Positions 27,599 to 36,914 are shown, counted from the first letter of the stretch. The stretch is 64,000 bases of DNA from an uncultured Gammaproteobacteria bacterium (GCA_964355955.1 CAYHFQ010000001.1:103419-167418); one strand, 5' to 3'. Numbers and translations: made by a program. Notes: generated from the letters alone by a model not told the origin.

Positions 27599-28828
27599 AT
27601 GAAAACTACTACAAAATTTAAAATTCTTGGGTTACTGAAGGGCGGGTACTTTTATTTGCCGATTTTTACGTTGTACGCCACTGATCATGGGATTACCATG
27701 AGTGTGGTGGTGTTTAGTCAGGCATTTTATAGCGTGTCACAGTTTTTGTTTGAGGTGCCAACTGGCGTGCTGGCTGATAGGTTTGGGCAGAAGACTTCGG
27801 TGTTGATTGGTTATACGCTCGAGGCTTTGGGTATTTTGACGGTGGTGTTGTGGCCGACGACGCTTGGCCTGTATGCCTGTTATGCAATTGGTGGTTTGGC
27901 GGCATCATTTTTGAGTGGGAGTGAAGAAGTTATTTTGTTTGAGGCTTGTAAGAAAGAGAAGACTAAGTATGCGCAAGTGTATGGGGCGTTTTTAAGTAAT
28001 ATTACTTTTGGCATGATGCTGTCCGCATTGCTTGGTGGTTTTGCTTTTGCCTTGTTTGATCGGGCAGCCTTTGTACCGTTACTTGTAGCCACGACGTTGG
28101 CGTTGTTATTGGCGGCCATATTAGCGACGACGTTTAAGATGCCAGCAAAAGCGTTCAAGCCTGGGAGTAAAGAGGCTAAATTGGCGGCGGAAAGTGGCGG
28201 TTCGGTGGCAATTCTTAAGAAGAGTTTGGCTTTGATGCGCGAGGACGATACTCTGTGGCACCTGATGATTGTGGGAGCGCTGACGCTGACAGGGGATTAC
28301 TTCCTGTATAGCGTGTACCAACCAGCCTTTTTGGCAGTGCTGGTGCCGGCGATTTGGTTTGGTGCGGCGTTGTCGATTGGTTCCGTGGTTAACATGATAT
28401 TGATACGTTATGTTTATGTGTTTGAACGTTACCTGACACTCGATAAGATTATTCTGTTTGTTAACTTATTCATAGCACTCGGCTATCTCGGCATGTCGAG
28501 TACTGGCAGCCCGTTCCTCATGTTAGTAGCGTTTATTGCGGCGCAGAGTTTATTTGGACTGGAGACGCCGGTAGTTAGTGATTATATTAACGAGCGGACG
28601 ACGCCAGATGTGCGGAGTACGGTATTATCTGGCATTTCTTTTACGAATCGCTTTGTGAACGTATTCTTGCGGGCTGGTTTGGCGTTGGTTGTTGGCTTGG
28701 CGGGGATTAAGCTGGGCTTGTTTGCGCAAGGTTGTTACTTATTTGTGGGCGTGTTGTTTGGGTATTACTTGCTGGTAAAGTGTGGGTGTATTCACCGGAT
28801 TACGATGCATGATGGTAAGGCGGTATAG
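27599..28828 (+). CDS. MFS transporter
   Basis: Twelve predicted TM segments. MFS motif A-like GVLADRFGQK between TM2 and TM3. Confidence 0.75.
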   Translation: MKTTTKFKILGLLKGGYFYLPIFTLYATDHGITMSVVVFSQAFYSVSQFLFEVPTGVLADRFGQKTSVLIGYTLEALGILTVVLWPTTLGLYACYAIGGLAASFLSGSEEVILFEACKKEKTKYAQVYGAFLSNITFGMMLSALLGGFAFALFDRAAFVPLLVATTLALLLAAILATTFKMPAKAFKPGSKEAKLAAESGGSVAILKKSLALMREDDTLWHLMIVGALTLTGDYFLYSVYQPAFLAVLVPAIWFGAALSIGSVVNMILIRYVYVFERYLTLDKIILFVNLFIALGYLGMSSTGSPFLMLVAFIAAQSLFGLETPVVSDYINERTTPDVRSTVLSGISFTNRFVNVFLRAGLALVVGLAGIKLGLFAQGCYLFVGVLFGYYLLVKCGCIHRITMHDGKAV

Positions 28829-28851
28829 ATCATATGTTATAATTACCTTAT

Positions 28852-30294
28852 ATGGTAGTAACCAAGCGTGGGTTGAGTCCGGAGGCTAAGGGTTATAGGG
28901 CGACGCTTAAGGCGCTTAATAAAACTGAATCGCCAATTCATCGTGAAGGTGCAGAGAAGATGCGGGCGGAGAGATTGAAGAGTGAGGCGCCAGAGTCGGC
29001 GGAGGCGAGGGCGGGGAAGGAAAGATTGGCGGAATTAGTTGAACATGGTGACGTTGACACTGATACGATAGCTCGCTTAGCGATTTATTTGGATTGTGAG
29101 CCGTGGGAGGCGCTATCGAGACTGGAAACTTCTTCAGATGAATTGAGTAGATGGATCGATTTCCATCGGCAGCATGCTGATGAATTGGTTGATCTCCAAG
29201 ATGTAAACAGTACACCATGGAATGGGTTACAAGCTAATATTTATCGAGCTCTACTTGAATCTGACGATCTTGATACTTTCACGAGATGGCCATTTAATCC
29301 GTTGTTGAAAATAGGATTAAAAGATGTTAATCGTGCTGATACTACTGTGCTAGTTGAGGATACAGAGAGATTAAGAATTAGTCAGGTATCTTTAGGTCTA
29401 GTAAAATTTAATAATGATAAACCATTGTTTTTATGCGCTGAAAATTTAACAAGATATAGCACTGAAAAAGTTCCATGGTCTATTGTTGGGCATAGGTCGG
29501 TGGTTCAAGCGGACTTGTTGCGTCGTGATCTTTGGACTATGGGACGGGAGCTTGCAATGTTGTTGCCCGAGCAATTTGGTTATAAAGATGCCAAGGAGGC
29601 CGATAGAATGATTACGAAGCAGGTTGAGCGGATTGGGCAATTCGTTGGTCAAGATTTTAAAAAGATTGACGGTGCGTTTTATGTGGGGCCAAAGACGGAG
29701 AAGCAGGAGAAGTTGCGGAAATTGGATAAGAAAGTGGCGCAGAAGATTGTGGTGGAATATAAGCAGGCGATAGCTGAAATTGCTGAGAAAAAGGCAGTAC
29801 AAGAGAAAGAAGAAAATAAACGAGAAAAAGAGTTTAAGATGAGAATGCAGCGTCATCTAGTGCATTTGCAAGCAATTAATCAGGAGATAGACCCAGTGCA
29901 ATTGCCAGCGACAGTTGAACGATTGACTGTTTCTAGTTGGTTTAACCAGACAATGGAAAAACTAGCTACGATAATGAGTTCAAAAGTACGAGAGAGGAAG
30001 CAGTTAGCGGATGACGAGTCAATGAAGCTATTAGCGGATCGTCAGGAGATTTTGATTTCTTTATCGAAATTGAATGATGCGTGGCGAGATAGTGGTAGAA
30101 CCAGTATTTATGATGATGCGCCTAAATTAATGCAATATCAGAATGGTCTAGATAAGGTAAGGGCAGGAGGATTGGAATATTGGTCTAGGTTGGCGGAAGA
30201 AACTGCAATAGCCGCAGTTGATGAATATTTAGCGCGAGATAAGGAAAGCGATGATTTATTGCGAGATAAGTTAGATGAATTGAAGGGTAAATAA
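28852..30294 (+). CDS. Hypothetical protein (480 aa, charged and coiled-coil rich)
   Basis: Long ORF. No domain recognised. A composition shift inside the gene: GC-rich first ~350 nt, AT-richer remainder. Confidence 0.55.
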   Translation: MVVTKRGLSPEAKGYRATLKALNKTESPIHREGAEKMRAERLKSEAPESAEARAGKERLAELVEHGDVDTDTIARLAIYLDCEPWEALSRLETSSDELSRWIDFHRQHADELVDLQDVNSTPWNGLQANIYRALLESDDLDTFTRWPFNPLLKIGLKDVNRADTTVLVEDTERLRISQVSLGLVKFNNDKPLFLCAENLTRYSTEKVPWSIVGHRSVVQADLLRRDLWTMGRELAMLLPEQFGYKDAKEADRMITKQVERIGQFVGQDFKKIDGAFYVGPKTEKQEKLRKLDKKVAQKIVVEYKQAIAEIAEKKAVQEKEENKREKEFKMRMQRHLVHLQAINQEIDPVQLPATVERLTVSSWFNQTMEKLATIMSSKVRERKQLADDESMKLLADRQEILISLSKLNDAWRDSGRTSIYDDAPKLMQYQNGLDKVRAGGLEYWSRLAEETAIAAVDEYLARDKESDDLLRDKLDELKGK

Positions 30295-30295
30295 A

Positions 30296-30336
30296 ACTCA
30301 CCTGTCTCGAAGTGAGACAGGTGAGTTTTTTTGTGT
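30296..30336. terminator. Bidirectional terminator between convergent genes
   Basis: CTCACCTGTCTC-GAAG-TGAGACAGGTGAG perfect hairpin with flanking A/T runs. Confidence 0.7.
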
Positions 30337-30342
30337 GGGAAG

Positions 30343-30897
30343 TTATTCGGAGTCATCGTTGTTGTCGTCATCATTGAGGTGTGGGGCCATAGGGCCTTTG
30401 CCTGGGAAGTGATGGCCAAGGCGGTGATCGCCGCGGTGACCGAGTTCTGGTCGGAGACCAAAACCTTTTGGAATATCGTTATCTTTGGCCCAGGTTTTGA
30501 GAGATTCCATCTCTGTTTTCATGGCTGCTTGGCGGTCGGCTGGAGCGACGTCTTTTTGCGATTGCAGGAAGGCGTCGAGCTCCGCTTGCTTGGCAGTGAT
30601 GGCGTCGGCCTGAGCTTGGGTTAGCTTGCCTTTGGTTATGGCTTCTTCAAGATGAGTAGCCATTTTTGCCTCCATGTCGGCATGGATCTGATTGCGTTGT
30701 TCGTCGAAAACAGCTTGAACGTCGTCCTTGTTTAAATGAAATTTAGTAGCGATGGCGGTGACTAAACCACTGACTGGATTGTCGTGAGCTGCTGGAACAG
30801 TTGCAGCGTAGGTGGTGCTGACAGCGGCGAAGACGCTAGCACCTAAAGTTGCTACGATAGCGGCGGTGACTATGGCGCGTTTAGCTTTGTTCATCAT
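30343..30897 (-). CDS. Secreted hypothetical protein with acidic C-terminal tail
   Basis: Signal peptide MMNKAKRAIVTAAIVATLGASVFAA. Helical repeats. Tail HLNDDDNNDDSE. Confidence 0.55.
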   Translation of the reverse strand: MMNKAKRAIVTAAIVATLGASVFAAVSTTYAATVPAAHDNPVSGLVTAIATKFHLNKDDVQAVFDEQRNQIHADMEAKMATHLEEAITKGKLTQAQADAITAKQAELDAFLQSQKDVAPADRQAAMKTEMESLKTWAKDNDIPKGFGLRPELGHRGDHRLGHHFPGKGPMAPHLNDDDNNDDSE

Positions 30898-31076
30898 AGT
30901 TTAGTAGTCCTTCCCCTGGGAAAGTCCTAGATTATATTAATAAAATGAAAAAGAAGGGAAGAAACAGCACTGTCGCGCCTGGTCAGAAAAGGGGATGGTC
31001 ATTTCCGAGGAGGCCGGTGTGCTGAGACTTATCGTAAGAGTAATGTAGCAGAAGGGTAGTGAAGAGATTATGAAGG

Positions 31077-31247
31077 GTCGCTCGCAGTCGGCCTGGACTC
31101 TCTCTTCTCCCCGCAGGGCGAGGACGCGGCGCCGCAGGTCGTCAACCGCGCCAGCCGTCTCACCTCGTATGACTCGGGCGCTGGCACAGGGCCGACCTTT
31201 GCTTGGCGCAAGAGTTCCAGGCCAACCGCTCGCTCCTACAAGGCTCA
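31077..31247. repeat. Family A structured intergenic repeat, copy 2
   Basis: Begins GTCGCTCGC and ends GCTCGCTCCTACAAGGCTCAG. Conserved core CGTCAACCGCGCCAGCCGTCTCACCTCGTATGACTCGGGCGCTGGCACAGGGCCGA. The outer inverted repeat GTCGGCCTGGACTCT / AGAGTTCCAGGCCAAC differs in sequence from the other copies but stays complementary. The 3' end overlaps the HK stop codon. Confidence 0.65.
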
Positions 31248-32300
31248 GACCTTGAGTGGGAGTTTGAGGGTGACAGTGGTGCCGTGGCCGGGGGTACTGA
31301 GCATAGTGACGTCGCCACCGATATCGGCCATGATGGATTGGACAATGGCGAGGCCGAGGCCGGAGCCGCCGGTAGCGCGAGAACGGCTTTGTTCAACGCG
31401 CCAGAAACGGTCGAAGATGTGTTCGAGGTCGGGAGGGGCGATGCCAATACCGGTGTCTGTTACCGTAATAAAGCCCCCTCCAACTCCCCCATGGCTGGGG
31501 GAGGGTTGTTCAGTGCCGATGGTGACGTCGACACTACCGTTTTCTTTATTGTAGATGATGGCATTGCTGATGATGTTGCTGAGCGCGACGTCGAGGAGGT
31601 CGCGGTTGGCTGAGATTTCGATGAGGTGAGGAGTTGGTGCCAGGTGCAGTGTAATGTGATGCGCTTCGGCTAAGGATTTGAGGCGGTCGACGGCGGCGGT
31701 GACGAGATCCACGAGGTTGATGAGGCTTGCGGGGCGAGGTGGGGAGTTGTGCTCGTCGAGTTTGGAGAGCAGGAGAAGATCGGCGACGAGGCGGCGCATG
31801 CGTTCGATTTCTTCCAGGTGGCTGTCGATACGGGCTGTGACGACAGGGTCGGTAGCGACCAGGCGTTCGTTTTCGAAGTCAGTTTTAAGAATGGCGAGAG
31901 GCGTGCGGAGTTCGTGGCTGGCGTCGCTTAAGAATTTCTTTTGGGCGCTGTAGGCGGCGCGGATTGGTTTGATAGTGGAACCAGCGACGAGGTAGCTAAC
32001 TAAGCCGGCGATGATGAGGAGAATGCCGTTGACGACAACGAGAGTCTGGATGAGGTCGGAACGGACGTCTTCCGCAGTGGGCACAGGGACAAGCTCGGAA
32101 CGCTCAAGGTCAAAACGGAGGCCGTGGAAACGGTTTTGGAGGCGCTCGCTAAAAATAGTGCGGGTGACGGCACTCGAAATAATGAGAATGGCGGCGAGGA
32201 CGACAATGTAGAGAATTGTCAGCCAGAAACGAGTAGCGCCTAAGCGTTCCTCAAACGAGACGGTAGCCTTTTCCCCAGACTGTTTGGATGCGTTTGGCAT
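31245..32300 (-). CDS. Sensor histidine kinase (HisKA + HATPase_c), two TM helices
   Basis: H-box SHELRTPL, N-box NAIIYN, G1 box DTGIGI, G2 box GGSGLGL. Probable start ATG 32300, overlapping the response-regulator 3' end by ~50 nt. The palindromic in-frame element EQPSPSHGGVGGGF sits just before the G1 box. Confidence 0.85.
   Translation of the reverse strand: MPNASKQSGEKATVSFEERLGATRFWLTILYIVVLAAILIISSAVTRTIFSERLQNRFHGLRFDLERSELVPVPTAEDVRSDLIQTLVVVNGILLIIAGLVSYLVAGSTIKPIRAAYSAQKKFLSDASHELRTPLAILKTDFENERLVATDPVVTARIDSHLEEIERMRRLVADLLLLSKLDEHNSPPRPASLINLVDLVTAAVDRLKSLAEAHHITLHLAPTPHLIEISANRDLLDVALSNIISNAIIYNKENGSVDVTIGTEQPSPSHGGVGGGFITVTDTGIGIAPPDLEHIFDRFWRVEQSRSRATGGSGLGLAIVQSIMADIGGDVTMLSTPGHGTTVTLKLPLKV
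31473..31505. repeat. Palindromic ~33 bp element inserted in frame in the histidine-kinase gene
   Basis: GCCCCCTCCAACTCCCCCATGGCTGGGGGAGGG. Core hairpin CTCCCCCA-TGGC-TGGGGGAG. Open in all six frames. Read on the minus strand as PSPSHGGVGGG. Confidence 0.75.
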
Positions 32301-32913
32301 AAGCTTTTGGTAACTTCTTACGTAAGTTTTTGAGGTGGACGTCGACAACGTTGCTAAAAGAGTCAAAGAAGCGGTCCCAAACGTGAGTCAGGATGTCCTC
32401 GCGGGTGACGACGCCGCCGAGATTCCGCAGGAAATATTCAAGCAGACCGTATTCGCGCAGAGTTAGTTCGATTGGTTTGTCGTCAACGGTGAGGGTTTGG
32501 CTGCGGGTGTCGAGTTTGAGGTTGCCGAGTGTGAGGACGTCGCTGACGACTTGGGGAGCGCGGCGGAGAATAGTGCGAATGCGGGCGACCAGTTCCTCGA
32601 ACGAGAATGGTTTGACTAAGTAGTCGTCGGCACCGAGGTTGAGGCCTTCGACTTTAGCGTCGATAGCGTCTTTGGCGGTTAAAAAGAGGATGGGCACGTT
32701 GTTTTTAGCGGCACGGAGGTTTTGGCAAACGGTGAAGCCGTCACGGTTGGGCATCATGACGTCGAGAATGATGAGATCGTAACCGCCACCTTTGGCCATA
32801 TTCTCGCCCTCCACACCGTCAAAGGCAAAATCGACCGCATAGCCGCGGGCTTGGAGGCCTAGGACTAGGCCTTTATTCAACTTGGGCTCATCCTCTACTA
32901 CCAATAACTTCAT
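32251..32913 (-). CDS. OmpR-family response regulator
   Basis: Receiver domain (VVEDEP, DLIILDVMMP, K in LTAKD) plus winged-helix trans_reg_C (VWGKGYRL). Confidence 0.9.
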   Translation of the reverse strand: MKLLVVEDEPKLNKGLVLGLQARGYAVDFAFDGVEGENMAKGGGYDLIILDVMMPNRDGFTVCQNLRAAKNNVPILFLTAKDAIDAKVEGLNLGADDYLVKPFSFEELVARIRTILRRAPQVVSDVLTLGNLKLDTRSQTLTVDDKPIELTLREYGLLEYFLRNLGGVVTREDILTHVWDRFFDSFSNVVDVHLKNLRKKLPKAYAKRIQTVWGKGYRLV

Positions 32914-33051
32914 GTGTAGACACTATAGCAAAATGGTGTGAAGAGACAATGAAGGAGGGGTTGACGTGATGATTAGTTAATTTGCGTCAAAATCTGCTCG
33001 GTGGCGGCTGATTAAGAGATGAGGGTTAAGGGTATATATGTTAAGATACTG

Positions 33052-33555
33052 GATATGATGACAAGTGTTGAGGAATTTTATGAGGAGGCGCAGAAGCTAG
33101 CGCAAATTTTTGATAGTTGGGTTGAAAAGATTAATTTGGCGGCGGTAGCTGACCATGTGTGTTATAAGTGTGGTGATGAAGAGGAGTTTTCAGGAATGAG
33201 AAAGATGTTTGAGGCGGAGAGCAAATTTATTTATCAGTCGATTATTTCTGGGCGGCGTATTGCGGTGATCAAGTTTGTGCGGCCGGTGTCGACGAGTATG
33301 GGAGACATTTGGTACTTGGAGTTGGCGGCACAGAAGCCGGATGGGAGTCAGCTAAGTGGTTTTGATCATGTGGAGATTTATCCGCTTAAGGGCACGATGG
33401 AGGCGCTGGCGGAGGAGATGATGGCGCAAGGGGTGAGGTTAGAAAAGATTGTGCGGCCGCATCATACGACTTATGATGGAGTGATTGAGGGGAGGTTGAA
33501 GATAAGATTGGAGGATGAGGCGTTGGTAGAGAAGATCAAGAGAGACGAGATGTAA
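33052..33555 (+). CDS. VOC (glyoxalase/bleomycin-resistance/dioxygenase) family protein
   Basis: Paired beta-alpha-beta-beta-beta pattern with DHVCY and DHVEIY metal-site-like motifs. The track ORF begins at 33019. ATG 33052 (MMTSVEEF) is also possible. Confidence 0.55.
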   Translation, partial: DMMTSVEEFYEEAQKLAQIFDSWVEKINLAAVADHVCYKCGDEEEFSGMRKMFEAESKFIYQSIISGRRIAVIKFVRPVSTSMGDIWYLELAAQKPDGSQLSGFDHVEIYPLKGTMEALAEEMMAQGVRLEKIVRPHHTTYDGVIEGRLKIRLEDEALVEKIKRDEM

Positions 33556-33565
33556 TTATAATAAT

Positions 33566-34216
33566 ATGGATTTTGAAACAGCAGTTGAAGTCATTTGGGA
33601 TTATCATCGATTGCATCATGAGTGGAAAAAGGCTGACGTGATGTTGGTCTTGGGCAGTCACGATTTAAGAGTGGCGAAATATGCGGTGGATTTATACTTG
33701 CGAGGATTGGCTCCGCTAGTGGTAGTGTCGGGCGGCGTTGCGCACACTGATGATTTGCTGAAGACGGGTTGGACGGGGACGGAGGCGGCAGAGTTTGCTC
33801 GGGTGATAGTAGCGGCTGGAGTGCCAGCGGAGAAGATATTATTAGAGGAACAGGCAAAGAATACGAGTGAGAATTTTTCATTAAGTCGGCCAATAATTGA
33901 TTGCGTACTTGCGAGTTGGAGTTCGGTATTGATAGTTACTAAACCGTATATGGAGAGGCGAGCCTATGCGACTGGGGCTAAGTTGTGGCCAGATAAAGAA
34001 TTGTTAGTGACTTCACTGGAATTATCTTTTGATGAATATATCGGTGGTGATATCGCTCGAGATGATGTGATTAATTTGATGATGGGTGATTTACAAAGAA
34101 TAGATGTTTACGGAAAGAAGGGATGGCAAACAGAACAGAATATTCCGACTGAAGTATGGACAGCGTTTGAGGAGTTAAAGAAGTTGGGGTATACGAAGCA
34201 TTTATTAAAGGATTAA
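33566..34216 (+). CDS. YdcF/ElyC-family (DUF218) protein
   Basis: VVSGGVAHT...TEAAEFARVIVAAGVPAEKILLEEQAKNTSEN pattern characteristic of DUF218. Confidence 0.7.
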   Translation: MDFETAVEVIWDYHRLHHEWKKADVMLVLGSHDLRVAKYAVDLYLRGLAPLVVVSGGVAHTDDLLKTGWTGTEAAEFARVIVAAGVPAEKILLEEQAKNTSENFSLSRPIIDCVLASWSSVLIVTKPYMERRAYATGAKLWPDKELLVTSLELSFDEYIGGDIARDDVINLMMGDLQRIDVYGKKGWQTEQNIPTEVWTAFEELKKLGYTKHLLKD

Positions 34217-34227
34217 TAAGTATTGAT

Positions 34228-34404
34228 ATGACTGACGATCAGATAACCGAAAAGAAAACGTCAGAGTGCCCGGTGTGTGGTGGCAAAGAGACAGAGACAG
34301 GGAGGACTGAGGTGAGAGAGGGGCAGACGTGGTATGAAATGAAGTGTGAGGAGTGCCAGAGTGTAGGTTGGGAATGGGCAAAGGAGTGGGAGGAGGGTGC
34401 TTAA
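34228..34404 (+). CDS. Small zinc-ribbon protein (58 aa)
   Basis: Manual translation MTDDQITEKKTSECPVCGGKETETGRTEVREGQTWYEMKCEECQSVGWEWAKEWEEGA with CPVC...CEEC. Not in the ORF track because it is under 60 aa. Confidence 0.45.
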   Translation: MTDDQITEKKTSECPVCGGKETETGRTEVREGQTWYEMKCEECQSVGWEWAKEWEEGA

Positions 34405-34437
34405 GAAAATTCAAGCAAAGGTGTATACTGAACTTAT

Positions 34438-35412
34438 ATGCGTAAAATATTTGCTTCAATCTTCGTAGTGACGCTCGCGGCCAGTGCCTTGTATGCACTA
34501 CATCCAGTCTACGCAGCTAATGCGGGAGACTTGATAAAGTGTCCAGACTTCAGCTCGGTTTATTTTTTAGCTAACGACGGAAAGCGCTACGTTTTCCCGA
34601 ATGAGCATATTTACAAGAGTTGGTACCCAGATTTTGACGCTGTCAAAACTATTTCTTGTGCTGACTTAGGTTTGTTACCACTCGGCGCCAGGGTCATGTA
34701 TCAGCCTGGAACAAGTTTGGTAAAAATTCCGAGCGACCCTTCGGTTTTCGTGGTCGAAGATAACGAAATCGTGCGGGAGATCCCAGATGAAGCAACGGCT
34801 ATAGCGTTGTTTGGTGATAATTGGAGCGATCGTGTGGACGATGTGTCTGAGGCTTTTTGGCCTAGTTTTACAAAGGGAGAGCCTTTGGTTGGCAATGAGG
34901 TGCCAGAAGGAACTATTCTTGAGGATAATTTGAGTAAGCTGTTTAGGGTAAGAAATGATGGCACGGCGATCGAGGTGAATTCGTCATTAACTGCGGATCA
35001 AGAATTAGTACTTAAAGAACACGCTATTCATATTGATGATATTGAGTCGAGAATGGGTGTGACAATTGCTTTGACACAGGTGGATAATACAACGGCAACC
35101 ACTGTGCTGACAGAGATTGAGAATGAACTTGAAACGGTTCATGTTGAACAGGAAGATGAAGTTGAGGTAGAAGATATTCTTGAAGTAGAAGATGTGGAAG
35201 ATGCTGAGGTAAGTGCGGATGATGAGGTTGCCGAAAATACTTCAGGAACTGGTAGCGGTGACGTGGCTGATAGCACTGACGAGTCTATTAATTCCGATGT
35301 TTCAGGCGATGCTGAAAATATTGATAGCTCCGTTAGCGGTAATGAATCTAGCGATAGTGGTTCGTCTGATAATTCCGGAGACTCTAGCGGGTCTGATAGT
35401 TCAGAAGACTAA
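34438..35412 (+). CDS. Secreted protein with N-terminal domain shared with the neighbouring GH6 protein, acidic Ser/Asp/Glu-rich C-terminal tail
   Basis: Signal peptide MRKIFASIFVVTLAASALYALHPVYA. Residues ~30-150 align with the N-terminal domain of 35463..36893 (FSSVYFLANDGKRYVFPNEHIY vs FSDVYYVDLDKDGHLQRHAFINEQIF; DNWSDRVDDVSEAFWPSFTKG vs ANWANYVIDLPPTIFPHFTRG). Confidence 0.6.
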   Translation: MRKIFASIFVVTLAASALYALHPVYAANAGDLIKCPDFSSVYFLANDGKRYVFPNEHIYKSWYPDFDAVKTISCADLGLLPLGARVMYQPGTSLVKIPSDPSVFVVEDNEIVREIPDEATAIALFGDNWSDRVDDVSEAFWPSFTKGEPLVGNEVPEGTILEDNLSKLFRVRNDGTAIEVNSSLTADQELVLKEHAIHIDDIESRMGVTIALTQVDNTTATTVLTEIENELETVHVEQEDEVEVEDILEVEDVEDAEVSADDEVAENTSGTGSGDVADSTDESINSDVSGDAENIDSSVSGNESSDSGSSDNSGDSSGSDSSED

Positions 35413-35462
35413 GAAATTATAAGATAGAAAAATACGGTAGCCTGAGCTGCCGTATTTTGAAA

Positions 35463-36893
35463 TTATTTTGTAAGACCGAGGGCGTAGTCGAGCCACCAGT
35501 CTCCAGCTGTGGGGCCGCCGTTACAGGTGCCGTCGGATTCGCCCGGGGGTTTGACCCAGAGATAAGCGTCGACGAGGGTGTTGCCGGTGTTGGTGGTAGG
35601 GTTTTGGCCGATTGCTCGACCGCTTGGGTTGCACCACTCACCATTTGAGCCGTTACCGTTGCGGCTGGTGTCGATGATGAAATGTTTGTTGCTAATGAGG
35701 TTGCTGATAGTGGTGCCGTAGGTGATGTTTTCCCCGTTTGTGTAAAAGTTTGAGACATTGAGAACAAAGCCGTCAGCAGCGGCGATGTTGGCGGTGGTCA
35801 GGCGACTGGCCATGGTGGTGGCGTCGACCCAGTTGGCGTGGCCGGCGTCGAGGTAGACGAGAGAATTTGCGGAAGATTTGAGGATGGTGATGGTTTGGCC
35901 GAGTAAGGCGAGACGATTGGTGGTGACGCAAGAAGCGGAGGTGGCGTCGGGTTCGAGAATAATGACGGCGGGACGATTATGGAGGCCGGCGGCGAAGTTG
36001 GTTAGCCAGGTGAGATAGTCGGCGTCGGAGGCGGCGCCGCTCGAGGAGTAGCAACCAAGGTTAGGAATGTTGTAGGTGACGAGTACGGGGAGAGCGCCAG
36101 CATCAGTAGCGGTGGTGATGTAATTGTTAACCGAGTTCTCGATGTGACTGTTCCAGTCGCCGAACCATTTAGCGACGGGTTGTGAGGCGATTTTTTCAAG
36201 AGCGGCAGCGTCGGTTGGGTTGGTGCCGGCCCAGGCGGTGATTTGCTGGCGGGCGTCGGAGTTGGGGTCAGTGTAGATCGCGCTCAGCGCGATTGGGTTG
36301 TTTGTGGTCAAAGCTGAGCTTTGACTTGGTGTGGAAATGAGCTGGGAACGGGTTTTTAGGACTGAGAGGTCGGGAGAGTAGTCGAGAGAAGTGACGTCGA
36401 GGCCGCGAGTGAAATGCGGAAAGATAGTTGGTGGGAGATCGATGACGTAATTGGCCCAGTTGGCGCCGTAGAGACTGGTGGCTAGAGATTCGGTATTGAG
36501 CCAGCGAAGTTCTTGATTACTGTCGACGATGTAAGTGCGAGCGTCGCTTTGGATTTTGACGAGGACGACGTTGGGTTTGGGGAGGACTAAGGTTGATAAG
36601 GGAAGGGAGGCGAGGATGCTGTCGGAGACGGTAATGACGCGATCGAAATTATTTTGCCAGGTGAAGAAAATTTGCTCGTTGATAAAAGCGTGGCGCTGTA
36701 GGTGGCCATCTTTGTCAAGATCGACGTAGTAAACGTCGGAAAAGTTGGTGCCTTTAAGATAGCTACCGGATTCGACTGTGCTGGCGGCGAAGGCGGGGGA
36801 GAGCTGCGAGAAAAGTGAAGAGAAGAGGATTGAGCATAACAAACAAAGGCCTGTGATGGAGTTTTGCCAGAGTTTGTTAGAGGGAGGAAACAT
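35463..36893 (-). CDS. Glycoside hydrolase family 6-like (cellulase-family) secreted protein with N-terminal accessory domain
   Basis: C-terminal half carries GH6-like motifs: AVIILEPDATSASC (compare LVIEPDSLAN) and YLWVKPPGESDGTC (compare WIKPGGECDG). Also a signal peptide and a shared N-terminal domain. Confidence 0.6.
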   Translation of the reverse strand: MFPPSNKLWQNSITGLCLLCSILFSSLFSQLSPAFAASTVESGSYLKGTNFSDVYYVDLDKDGHLQRHAFINEQIFFTWQNNFDRVITVSDSILASLPLSTLVLPKPNVVLVKIQSDARTYIVDSNQELRWLNTESLATSLYGANWANYVIDLPPTIFPHFTRGLDVTSLDYSPDLSVLKTRSQLISTPSQSSALTTNNPIALSAIYTDPNSDARQQITAWAGTNPTDAAALEKIASQPVAKWFGDWNSHIENSVNNYITTATDAGALPVLVTYNIPNLGCYSSSGAASDADYLTWLTNFAAGLHNRPAVIILEPDATSASCVTTNRLALLGQTITILKSSANSLVYLDAGHANWVDATTMASRLTTANIAAADGFVLNVSNFYTNGENITYGTTISNLISNKHFIIDTSRNGNGSNGEWCNPSGRAIGQNPTTNTGNTLVDAYLWVKPPGESDGTCNGGPTAGDWWLDYALGLTK

Positions 36894-36914
36894 ATTAATC
36901 AGTGTGTGATTTGT

